Positions 10,128-18,599 of a stretch of DNA of 50,400 bases are shown one piece after another. This stretch comes from Promethearchaeota archaeon (GTDB taxonomy: Archaea > Asgardarchaeota > Lokiarchaeia > Sigyniarchaeales > SOKP01): assembly GCA_008080735.1 (NCBI GenBank), contig SHMW01000024.1, positions 1 to 50,400 of the forward strand, written 5' to 3'. The position numbers and the translations under genes are program-made. The notes under the pieces are model-generated. The model was not told the origin of the DNA, did no database searches, and worked only from the letters and a program-made list of their open reading frames with translations. Numbering within the stretch: the stretch's first letter is position 1; every line of letters starts with the position of its first letter.

Positions 10128-10409
10128 TTATTTTAATGGTGCCTCTTTTTTCGCTACAAAAACCGCGATTAAAAATATCGCGATTGAAAAAGCTCCAAAC
10201 CCTACCCCCAAGCTTACGCCAATTGGGAGTGGTAATATATCCCAAAGCCAGAACAAAAACCATATCAAGGAGAAATAGGCGAATTCGATTATAAGAATAA
10301 TAAGGATTCTTAAGTTCATAGGGAAATTATCCAATAAGTAGATTATAACGGGGATTTCTAACACCATCATAGCGAGGATGAACATAAGAATACTGATATT
10401 GACAAGCAT
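10128..10409 (-). CDS. Small three-TM hypothetical membrane protein
   Basis: Three hydrophobic segments, basic C-terminal tail. Confidence 0.6.
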   Translation of the reverse strand: MLVNISILMFILAMMVLEIPVIIYLLDNFPMNLRILIILIIEFAYFSLIWFLFWLWDILPLPIGVSLGVGFGAFSIAIFLIAVFVAKKEAPLK

Positions 10410-10725
10410 AATTCTTTCTCTACGACAAAATAATATTGATCTAGAAATGAAAAAAGATACTATTAAATTTTGAGCTTTTAAGTATTAGCATAAATCCATA
10501 CTCTATAATCAAAACTTAGAAAAATCCATACTCTCCATCTAATTAATAATGAAAAGTAGATATCTATGTATATATCAATTAACAAAAAGGATGCGGAGAT
10601 CCAAGGCTAAGTATCTTCCAAGCTAAATTGAATCCTAAAATGGCATTACCGATGATGCTCCCATTTTTAACCGCCTAATCGAATAATTGATTAATTTTTT
10701 TACCTAAATCAAAAGGGGAAATCCA

Positions 10726-10971
10726 TCAAGGAATGTGTGTACCAAAATAAAAAAGCAGAATAAAAGTGCTAATAAATAGTGCTATACTGATGATAGCTCC
10801 CGTGAGTTTAATCCTATTTTGACTTTTTTCGTTACATTCATAACATTTTACTTCTGAATATTGAGGAGCAATAGAATATCCATGTTCTGCATGATCTTTA
10901 CATAAGGGAATCTTACATTCAGAACATTTAGTAATCGCAGATTCATCACACTTTGCACAATTTTTACTCAT
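10726..10971 (-). CDS. B-box-like zinc-finger protein with C-terminal membrane anchor
   Basis: CxxC-x7-CxxC-x4-CxxH...CxxC then one hydrophobic helix. Confidence 0.75.
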   Translation of the reverse strand: MSKNCAKCDESAITKCSECKIPLCKDHAEHGYSIAPQYSEVKCYECNEKSQNRIKLTGAIISIALFISTFILLFYFGTHIP

Positions 10972-11180
10972 AACGAATCACTACAGTATAAATTTTCTCA
11001 TATTGGAGTTGAGCAAACAATATCCACTTACAAGATCTAATATTTCAATTATTTATAATAATTGAGTCTATAAAAAAATAATAAAAAAATATCAATCATT
11101 AGATTCAAATTATTCGAAAGCCTTTTCTGAAGATTTTTTGAAGATTTTTTGATATTTTTTATTTTGATTGGTACGTGGAT

Positions 11181-12026
11181 TTATTTTAGCGGATAATTTG
11201 GTTTTTTCTTTTTAAAAAAAGCTGTAGATGCCTCAATCATATCCTGTGAAGAAAACGCAAGGATGATTGAACTGTTTTCAAATTGAAGTACGTTATTGAG
11301 AGAGGGAGAGTCTAATGTTAAATTAATGGCTCGTTTTGTGAGACGCAATCCTAAAGGACTTTTTGTTAGCATTTCTTCTGCAATTTCAAGCCCTTTTTCT
11401 AATAGGGCTTCTTTATCAACCAAGTCTGATACTAGCCCCAGCTCTTTAGCTTCTTCTCCAGTTAAAGCTTTTCCAGTATACATAATTTCAGCAGCTTTAG
11501 ACATTCCAATAAGTCTGGGGAGAAAATAACTTGACCCCATATCAGCGCCCGTGAGTCCGATATTAATCGATGCATTGATAAATTTTGCCTCAGGAGTAGC
11601 GATCCTTATATCCGAAGCTAATATGAATCCCAACCCACCCCCGGCAGCAGATCCATGGATTAACGCAATTATTGGTTGGCTTATTTCCCGAATTTTCATA
11701 ATTAATTCGCTGATTCGCCATTGATGATAGATTTTTCTCTTTAAAGGCTCTGGAACTTCTAAATAATAAAATTGATCATATCCTTCAGGCTTCTTTTTCG
11801 AATTTAGAATTAATCCCTCTTGAAGATCCGTGCCTGCGCTAAAGATACGCCCTTCTGCTCTTAGGATGACCACTCTACAGTCTAGATTAGTTGAAAGGTT
11901 GTCCAAAAGGTCGTGAAGTTCCTCTTCCATTTGAAATGAGATTGCGTTTAGTTTATCGGGTCTATTAAGCGATAAAATACCAATACCATTCTCTCTTAGC
12001 TCAAATTTTATAGTTTCATATTCCAT
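11181..12026 (-). CDS. Enoyl-CoA hydratase/isomerase (crotonase) family
   Basis: LNRPDKLNA, FSAGTDL, GSAAGGG, LASDIRIA, LPRLIG. Confidence 0.92.
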   Translation of the reverse strand: MEYETIKFELRENGIGILSLNRPDKLNAISFQMEEELHDLLDNLSTNLDCRVVILRAEGRIFSAGTDLQEGLILNSKKKPEGYDQFYYLEVPEPLKRKIYHQWRISELIMKIREISQPIIALIHGSAAGGGLGFILASDIRIATPEAKFINASINIGLTGADMGSSYFLPRLIGMSKAAEIMYTGKALTGEEAKELGLVSDLVDKEALLEKGLEIAEEMLTKSPLGLRLTKRAINLTLDSPSLNNVLQFENSSIILAFSSQDMIEASTAFFKKKKPNYPLK

Positions 12027-12258
12027 TTTTTCACTTCTATATTTAGTCTATATTGTTAAAAATTAATTTGATATTTGAAAATAAAACTTTTTACAATTTA
12101 TCAGGATTTCACTCCTTTAAAGAAATAAATCATAAATTGGATATGGAATATAGGTATCAATTACAACCTTTATATTTGAAAATATGGTTTTTCAAAAATA
12201 GAAATCCTTTTTAATATAATTGACACATTTATACTCAATTACTTGAAATTATTTCCTT

Positions 12259-13377
12259 ATGTTCAAACAAAAGAAGGGGATATATCACAAATTAAGGGAC
12301 CATCTTGACAATATGCCCATAGGATATCCGGAAACGAAATCTGGAGTCGAAATAAAGATATTAAAAGCATTATTTACACCTCAACAAGCTTATATCGCGA
12401 CTTTTCTCAATTGGAAATGGCAAGACGTGGAAACCATATACCAATCTTTTCCGAAGAGAAAAAACATCTCACTTCGGGATTTCGAACACTTACTGAGTGA
12501 AATGGTGAAAGATGGCCTTATTAACTTTAGGCATAAAGCCAAAAAGAAACAATATGCAAACGCCCCCTTAGTAGTGGGTTTCTACGAATATCAATTAAAA
12601 CGATTAAATAAGGAACTAATTAAGGATGTTTTTCATTACATAAAAGAAGCGTTTGGCTACGAAATTATGAGAACCAAGATTTCCCAACTTCGCACCGTGC
12701 CAATCGAACAGAGTATAGAATCCAAGATAAATATATCCACATATGATAATATCCGGAAGATTTTTGACACCGCGATCCCACCATTTGCTGTAACTGATTG
12801 TATCTGCAAAATTGCTACTGATATGATCCAAAGACCATGTAAAGTAACTAAAAGGAGGGAAATATGTATGGCCGTTGATTGGATGGCTCAATTATATATT
12901 GATCAAGAATGGGGACGAGAAATATCTAAAAAAGAGGCTTTAGATATCCTTAAACAAAATGAAGAGGATGGGTTAATCTTAAATGTAGAAAATACACAAG
13001 AATCATTGTTCTTTTGTGGATGTTGTACTTGCTGTTGCGGCATTACTGCTGGTTTGAAACACCTCCATAATCCGTCAAAACTCGCCCAAAATAATTATTA
13101 TGCACTTATAGATCTGGATTCTTGTGTAGGATGCGGCGCTTGTATCGAACGATGTCAAATGGAAGCAATATCCCTTAAAGATGATAAGGCCACGATAAAG
13201 GAAAAAAGGTGTATCGGGTGCGGAAACTGTGTCTTCATTTGTCCTTCCAATGCCATCTCACTCAGATCAGTAGAGGATCATATGGTCCCTCCTGAAACCT
13301 CCGAACAACTTTATAAATCCATTTTGCTAGAAAAAAATCGGCTGAAAGAGAAGTACAAAAAATTCAAATCAATTTAG
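12259..13377 (+). CDS. 4Fe-4S dicluster protein with N-terminal wHTH-like region and Cys-rich middle domain
   Basis: CICK, FCGCCTCCC, CVGCGACIERC and CIGCGNCVFICP motifs. Confidence 0.88.
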   Translation: MFKQKKGIYHKLRDHLDNMPIGYPETKSGVEIKILKALFTPQQAYIATFLNWKWQDVETIYQSFPKRKNISLRDFEHLLSEMVKDGLINFRHKAKKKQYANAPLVVGFYEYQLKRLNKELIKDVFHYIKEAFGYEIMRTKISQLRTVPIEQSIESKINISTYDNIRKIFDTAIPPFAVTDCICKIATDMIQRPCKVTKRREICMAVDWMAQLYIDQEWGREISKKEALDILKQNEEDGLILNVENTQESLFFCGCCTCCCGITAGLKHLHNPSKLAQNNYYALIDLDSCVGCGACIERCQMEAISLKDDKATIKEKRCIGCGNCVFICPSNAISLRSVEDHMVPPETSEQLYKSILLEKNRLKEKYKKFKSI

Positions 13378-13420
13378 GATATAAATTGTTAGAGAATATA
13401 CTCTATTTTTGTTATCTAAA

Positions 13421-14395
13421 CTAAATTATAACTTTAAGGATGGTTTCCGATTCATATAATTTTTCGGGGATATAACTAATTTTGTTATTGGAAATATCTA
13501 AAACTTCGAGATGGCTCAATTTGAACAGATTTTTTGGGATGGTTTCGATAAGATTGTTGCTTAAATCCAATTTTCTTAGATAGGATAGATTTTCAATCCA
13601 ATCCGGTATGTTCATTATATGATTATTTGAAAGATTCAACTCTAAATGATTTTTTATATTCCAACTTTTAAAAATTAAAGGGAAACTTTTTAGCTCGTTT
13701 GAAGCCAGATTCAAGTATTTTAGTGATTTTAAATTGGTTAAATAATGGGGTAGCTTCTTAAGATAGTTATAGCTCAAGTCTAAAAGCTCTACTTGCGGTA
13801 ATTGAGAAATTGATTGAGGCAACTTCTTCACTAAGGAGAGGCTTAAACCCCTGATAGATTTGTCTTTCACGAGCATTATGGTGGTTGGAGGGATAAATAA
13901 AAATGTCTCTTGGTTTTCATTCCAGATATTAACACTTTCAATTGTCTCTGAAACATCCAATATAACACCTAAATCTCTACTTCTTAATTTAAGCTTAGAT
14001 GATATGCGTTCCATTCTATCTTTAAATTCGTTAAGCAAAATGGGAGCATCAATCTTGTTTAATTGTTTTCTAATAGATTTTAGAACCAAGAAAGATGCTT
14101 CATTTCTGATAGTCCACAGTATTACATTGATTGCTTTGTGTCTAAAAAATCGAATTAAGGATTCTACAGCTTTGGCCCTGATTTGGTCAAATTCATCGCT
14201 AATAACACAATATTCTAGAGCCATATAAGTTTTGTCGGATTTAGGCGCTATAGAAACTATTATTTTGAGTGATTTCAATCTTATTTTAGGGTGATAACTA
14301 TTTTCGATTAGAATTAATAATAATTCTACAGTTTTTGAGAGAGAATATCTGTTATTTTGGTAGTTATTATAAATTATATCGGGAGAGAACTCCAT
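13421..14395 (-). CDS. Leucine-rich-repeat protein with N-terminal HEAT-like repeats
   Basis: Five LxxLxLSxNxL/IxxLP repeats; helical N-terminus with IR..A..SL pattern. Confidence 0.85.
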   Translation of the reverse strand: MEFSPDIIYNNYQNNRYSLSKTVELLLILIENSYHPKIRLKSLKIIVSIAPKSDKTYMALEYCVISDEFDQIRAKAVESLIRFFRHKAINVILWTIRNEASFLVLKSIRKQLNKIDAPILLNEFKDRMERISSKLKLRSRDLGVILDVSETIESVNIWNENQETFLFIPPTTIMLVKDKSIRGLSLSLVKKLPQSISQLPQVELLDLSYNYLKKLPHYLTNLKSLKYLNLASNELKSFPLIFKSWNIKNHLELNLSNNHIMNIPDWIENLSYLRKLDLSNNLIETIPKNLFKLSHLEVLDISNNKISYIPEKLYESETILKVII

Positions 14396-14552
14396 TTGAT
14401 TCTATTACTCTTCTATTTAGTGGGCAATTTTTAAAATTAATAGGTTTTAATTTATTTTATTCCACAAGAACATAATAAGTAACACATAAAAACACTTTTA
14501 TATAGCAAATCCTAAATTAATATTAGATAATCAGCCAAAGTATGTTATTATT

Positions 14553-14681
14553 ATGAAAAATAAAAATAAGCATAACCCAATAGATATTTGGCTAAAGTAT
14601 TGTGACGAAACGATTAAAATATTAATCGAAAAGAACTCAGATGAAGCAAGAAAGGCAAAGGAAATTTCAACTCCTTATTAA
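14553..14681 (+). CDS. Unannotated 42 aa small protein
   Basis: MKNKNKHNPIDIWLKYCDETIKILIEKNSDEARKAKEISTPY*; TATA (TTTATATA) at 14497-14504, T-rich tract after stop. Confidence 0.5.
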   Translation: MKNKNKHNPIDIWLKYCDETIKILIEKNSDEARKAKEISTPY

Positions 14682-14816
14682 TCTCTCTTTTTTCTTAGCG
14701 AGTATCTGATTTTTTAAAAGTTTAGTTTCTGTAAGTATTTAAACAGCAAATTTCATAACTTTTTAATATGAAATCAAATATTTCGAATGGTGAAGATTAA
14801 AATTCCATCTTATAGA

Positions 14817-15392
14817 TTATTCTTTCTTGAATCTCAAATGAATACTATTAGATGACAATCTAGATTCTTCATTATCAATGTTATACATATAAAAATCTTT
14901 TATGAGATATTGGAGAATTTCCATAACATAAAGAGAAAAGTTCTGATTTAAGGAATGGTTTCCAAAGATTATAAAATTCTTCTCTTCTGTAAATTTATAG
15001 TTTATCCGATTAAACCACGCAAAGGATTTTTTCCCCACACCCTCGATAAAAAAATCAAGAAACTTTTCAATTGTAATATCGGTATTGTTTTCTGCTAGCT
15101 GGAATCTTATCTTCGTTCCGAGGTTTCGAGCAGTCAATCGTCCTAATTTCTTGACTCGTTCAGAATCCACTAAACTGAGCAACTTCGCGAAGAATGGTTT
15201 ACCCACAATAATTAGATTTTCTTCTAGCGCATGCCTTTTTATGGAATCCCATTCTCGGAATGCTCGTTTGAGGAGTTGGCTTTTATTTACCTTATATTTT
15301 TCCGATAATTCAATTAATTCTTCATACATCTCATGATCCATTCTTAGGCTCATTACATGCGATTCCTTCGCTTTATTAACCTTTGATGTCAT
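14817..15392 (-). CDS. Ribbon-helix-helix (CopG-like) regulator with C-terminal alpha/beta (V4R-like) domain
   Basis: VMSLRMDHEMYEELIELSEKYKVNKSQLLKRAF is a typical RHH pattern; C-domain identity is tentative. Confidence 0.7.
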   Translation of the reverse strand: MTSKVNKAKESHVMSLRMDHEMYEELIELSEKYKVNKSQLLKRAFREWDSIKRHALEENLIIVGKPFFAKLLSLVDSERVKKLGRLTARNLGTKIRFQLAENNTDITIEKFLDFFIEGVGKKSFAWFNRINYKFTEEKNFIIFGNHSLNQNFSLYVMEILQYLIKDFYMYNIDNEESRLSSNSIHLRFKKE

Positions 15393-15420
15393 TGAAAATC
15401 ATTTGGGTGGAAATTATAAA

Positions 15421-15441
15421 TTACATATGTATTACATTGTA
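15421..15441. promoter_or_regulatory. Tandem palindromes, candidate RHH operator
   Basis: TACATATGTA (15422-15431, perfect) and TACATTGTA (15433-15441) just upstream of the RHH start. Confidence 0.45.
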
Positions 15442-15504
15442 TGATAGAATTTAAATGGATTGTGAAATTCTTAAATTTAATTCTAATTAAATTTCTACAC
15501 ACTA

Positions 15505-16821
15505 ATGACTATCGAATCTTCTAAGAACAAACCTAATAAACTTAATCTCGAGAAGTATAATGTGAATGTGAAAACCGCCTTTTTTACCATTATGCTAAGC
15601 ATATTTGTAGATGTGCTTGGTTACTCGATGGTTCTTCCTTTATTGCCAAAAATTGCAAAAATTTATGGTGCCGAAGATATAATTGTTGGAGTGTTAATAT
15701 CATCAAATGCGTTTACAGCGCTCATATTCGGCCCCATCTGGGGAAAATTAAGTGATAAATATGGGCGAAAACCTATTTTAATTATTTCGCAAGCGGGTAC
15801 ATTTGCCGCATTTCTTGTCCTAGGATTATCTGATTCTCTATTAGTGATATTTTTATCAAGAATTTTAGACGGAATCTTTGGTGGGCAAATTCCAGTAATC
15901 AGGGCCTATATCACTGATATAACTACCCCAGAGACGCGATCTGCAGAGATCGGGAAAATTACGGTCAGTTATGCCTTAGGAATGATTCTGGGTCCGAGTT
16001 TAGGTGGTGTATTAGGTTCTATTAATTGGAGATACCCTGCGTTTGTTGCATGTGGGATGGCGATTACAAGTATAATTCTAACTTCAAAAGTATTAATTGA
16101 AAGTATGCCAGCAGAGAGACGAGAAGATTTAAAGCGTGAAATGACTAAAAAATTTGAATTGGAAGGAAAAAGATCCATTTGGAATAAAGGTCTTATTATT
16201 CGGCTTGTACAATTATTTATCGCATTTAGCATTACCGTGCTATTCAATTCAAGTTTAGCTCTCGTTATGGATAAGCGATATAACGCCGATCCATCAGCCA
16301 TCGGAGTAGTGATGACGTTTGGAGCGACCATCGTGATGATATATGGAGGTTTTTTGATGAAAAAAGTCATTAAGAAATTTGGGGAAAAGAACATCTATCT
16401 GTTTACTTTTGCTATGGCAGTATTAGTATCTCTTTTCTATCCATTTCTCTATGATTACTGGATGGTTTTTGTATTCGTTATCCCGTTTGGTTATGTTATG
16501 GCATTTCTGCCTCCATTAATACAATCCAATATGACCAAAGCAGTAGAATCTGACAAACAAGGCACAGCCTCAGGTTATGCGACAAATTTTCAATCCATTG
16601 CCCAAACAACTATGCCACTTATCGCAACGGGTTACTTACAAATAGGATATTTTTCATTGGCTTTCATTTCCCTCAATGCGTATGAATTAATTGGCTATAC
16701 TGCCGCGTTTTTTGGACTACTATTATTAGTCTTGGGAATCATAGATTTGAAACTGCATCCAGAACTATATGCCCATGAGAATAGAGTTAGAAAGAATAGC
16801 AAAAATGAAGCACTAAGATAA
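15505..16821 (+). CDS. MFS transporter (TetA/DHA1-like)
   Basis: GPIWGKLSDKYGRKP, RILDGIFGG, GMILGPSLGG. Confidence 0.92.
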   Translation: MTIESSKNKPNKLNLEKYNVNVKTAFFTIMLSIFVDVLGYSMVLPLLPKIAKIYGAEDIIVGVLISSNAFTALIFGPIWGKLSDKYGRKPILIISQAGTFAAFLVLGLSDSLLVIFLSRILDGIFGGQIPVIRAYITDITTPETRSAEIGKITVSYALGMILGPSLGGVLGSINWRYPAFVACGMAITSIILTSKVLIESMPAERREDLKREMTKKFELEGKRSIWNKGLIIRLVQLFIAFSITVLFNSSLALVMDKRYNADPSAIGVVMTFGATIVMIYGGFLMKKVIKKFGEKNIYLFTFAMAVLVSLFYPFLYDYWMVFVFVIPFGYVMAFLPPLIQSNMTKAVESDKQGTASGYATNFQSIAQTTMPLIATGYLQIGYFSLAFISLNAYELIGYTAAFFGLLLLVLGIIDLKLHPELYAHENRVRKNSKNEALR

Positions 16822-17457
16822 TTATTTTAAAGTATATATGCCTTCTGAGCTCCCATACTCTTCAAATCCTAAAGATTTTATAAAAGAAATTGCAACTTCG
16901 TTCTTTTCATAGACTTCACAGCGCAATTCCTTAATGCCTTTATCCTTGAAAAAATTCCACGCCTCTAGTGCCAAGTATTTTCCCAGTCCTTTCCCTTGAT
17001 ACTTTGGCAAGACACCCAAGCCAGATATAAGCCCAATCTCTCTGTTCAACTTATTAAATTCTACTAAGATAAATCCAACATCTTGAGAATCCATTTCCGC
17101 AATTAAAAAACGTGTATCTGGATCTTCAAAAATTTCCAAGAATAATTCTTCGGTTACATTTTTCATAGGAAGTTTAGAGGCAATCCATGATTTGTGGTAA
17201 ATTTCGTTGATACAAGGTATATCTTCCTTTTCTCCTTCACGCATATAAACATTTATTTTATGGTTTGCAATATAGTTTTCAAGTTTGTCAACTGCCATTT
17301 CTTCAGCTTTTGAGATTGGTAAGCTAAGCCGAACATAATCCTCATCCTCTTGATAGAGAGTGGTAAAATTTCTTTCTATACTCGAAAATAAAGATCTCAC
17401 TCGTTTTCTTAAAATAGATAATTTACTCTCATCTGATTCTGAGTTTTCATCTGCCAT
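16822..17457 (-). CDS. GNAT N-acetyltransferase
   Basis: GVLPKYQGKGLG motif A; N..A..F.KSLGF. Confidence 0.9.
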   Translation of the reverse strand: MADENSESDESKLSILRKRVRSLFSSIERNFTTLYQEDEDYVRLSLPISKAEEMAVDKLENYIANHKINVYMREGEKEDIPCINEIYHKSWIASKLPMKNVTEELFLEIFEDPDTRFLIAEMDSQDVGFILVEFNKLNREIGLISGLGVLPKYQGKGLGKYLALEAWNFFKDKGIKELRCEVYEKNEVAISFIKSLGFEEYGSSEGIYTLK

Positions 17458-17579
17458 ATGTTACATAAATACCATTGAATAATATATAAATCATAGCTAA
17501 ATGGACTTTTATCAAATCATTTTTTAAATGGGTGTCTTGGTAGTCAAGAATTTAATAAAGAAAAAGTGAGAATTTAAAA

Positions 17580-18446
17580 TTATTTTAATGGATATTCGGG
17601 TTCTCTCTTTTCAAAAAATGCTTGGACGCCTTCCATCACATCATCAGACGTTGAACAAAGCATCTGGGAACGATTTTCTAATTGAATAATCGTTTCTAAG
17701 CTGGGTGCATCCATAGAGAGGTTTATCGCTTCCTTTGTCATACGTAGACCTAATGGGCTTTTACTTAGCAGATTTTGAGCAAGGTTTAATCCTGCATCAA
17801 ATAAATCATTATCATCCCCTTTTACTACTTTTAACACCAACCCAATTCGTTCAGCTTCTTCAGCTTCTACAAAACGTCCAGTATAGAGAATTTCCGCCGC
17901 TCGTGACATCCCTATTAATCGCGGGAGGTGATAACTGCTTGCCATATCAGCACCAGAGAATCCCACTTTGATGAATGCATTATTGAATTTCGCATTCTCG
18001 CTTGCTATACGCATATCCGCAGCTAGAGAAAACGCAAATCCTGCTCCTGATGCGGCGCCTTGGATTAATGCGATAATGGGTTGACTAACCTTCCTCATTT
18101 TAACAATTAATTGACCCGTGCGCCATTGTCCGTACATTTTTGCTTTTATAATATCCTTCTCTGGCACATCGATAAAATAAAATTTTTCTTTTAATTCGTC
18201 TGGTTTTCGTTTGGATTGAAGGATTGTTGACTCTTTTAAATCTAACCCCGCACAGAATGCTCTGCCAGCTGCCTTTAAAATCAATACACGACAATTAAGG
18301 TTAACCATCAAATCATCGAATAAATTATGTAAATCCTCTATCATTTGAAAAGACATCGCATTTAATTTATCTGGTCGGTTTAGCATTAAAATACCGATTC
18401 CATTATCTTGAAGTTCAAATTTAATTGTTTCAAAGTTATATACCAT
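17580..18446 (-). CDS. Enoyl-CoA hydratase/isomerase family (paralog of 11181..12026)
   Basis: LNRPDKLNA, FCAGLDL, GAASGAG, SPLGLRMTK. Confidence 0.92.
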   Translation of the reverse strand: MVYNFETIKFELQDNGIGILMLNRPDKLNAMSFQMIEDLHNLFDDLMVNLNCRVLILKAAGRAFCAGLDLKESTILQSKRKPDELKEKFYFIDVPEKDIIKAKMYGQWRTGQLIVKMRKVSQPIIALIQGAASGAGFAFSLAADMRIASENAKFNNAFIKVGFSGADMASSYHLPRLIGMSRAAEILYTGRFVEAEEAERIGLVLKVVKGDDNDLFDAGLNLAQNLLSKSPLGLRMTKEAINLSMDAPSLETIIQLENRSQMLCSTSDDVMEGVQAFFEKREPEYPLK

Positions 18447-18599
18447 AGAATTTCAACTCTTTTTTAATGAATGTATTGCATTATAATTAGATGTATTTCT
18501 TATTAAATGGATATCCTATAATTGGATTTAGAGAGCTTTATGCAATTAATCGGTAGAAAGAAGCAAAAAAGGAAAAAAAGAAGTAATTTTTTTTATATA

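Noticed and set aside
11079-11165. Imperfect inverted repeat and GAAGATTTTTT tandem as a MITE
   Set aside because: Low-complexity A/T tracts, no target-site duplication or second copy; likely terminator region
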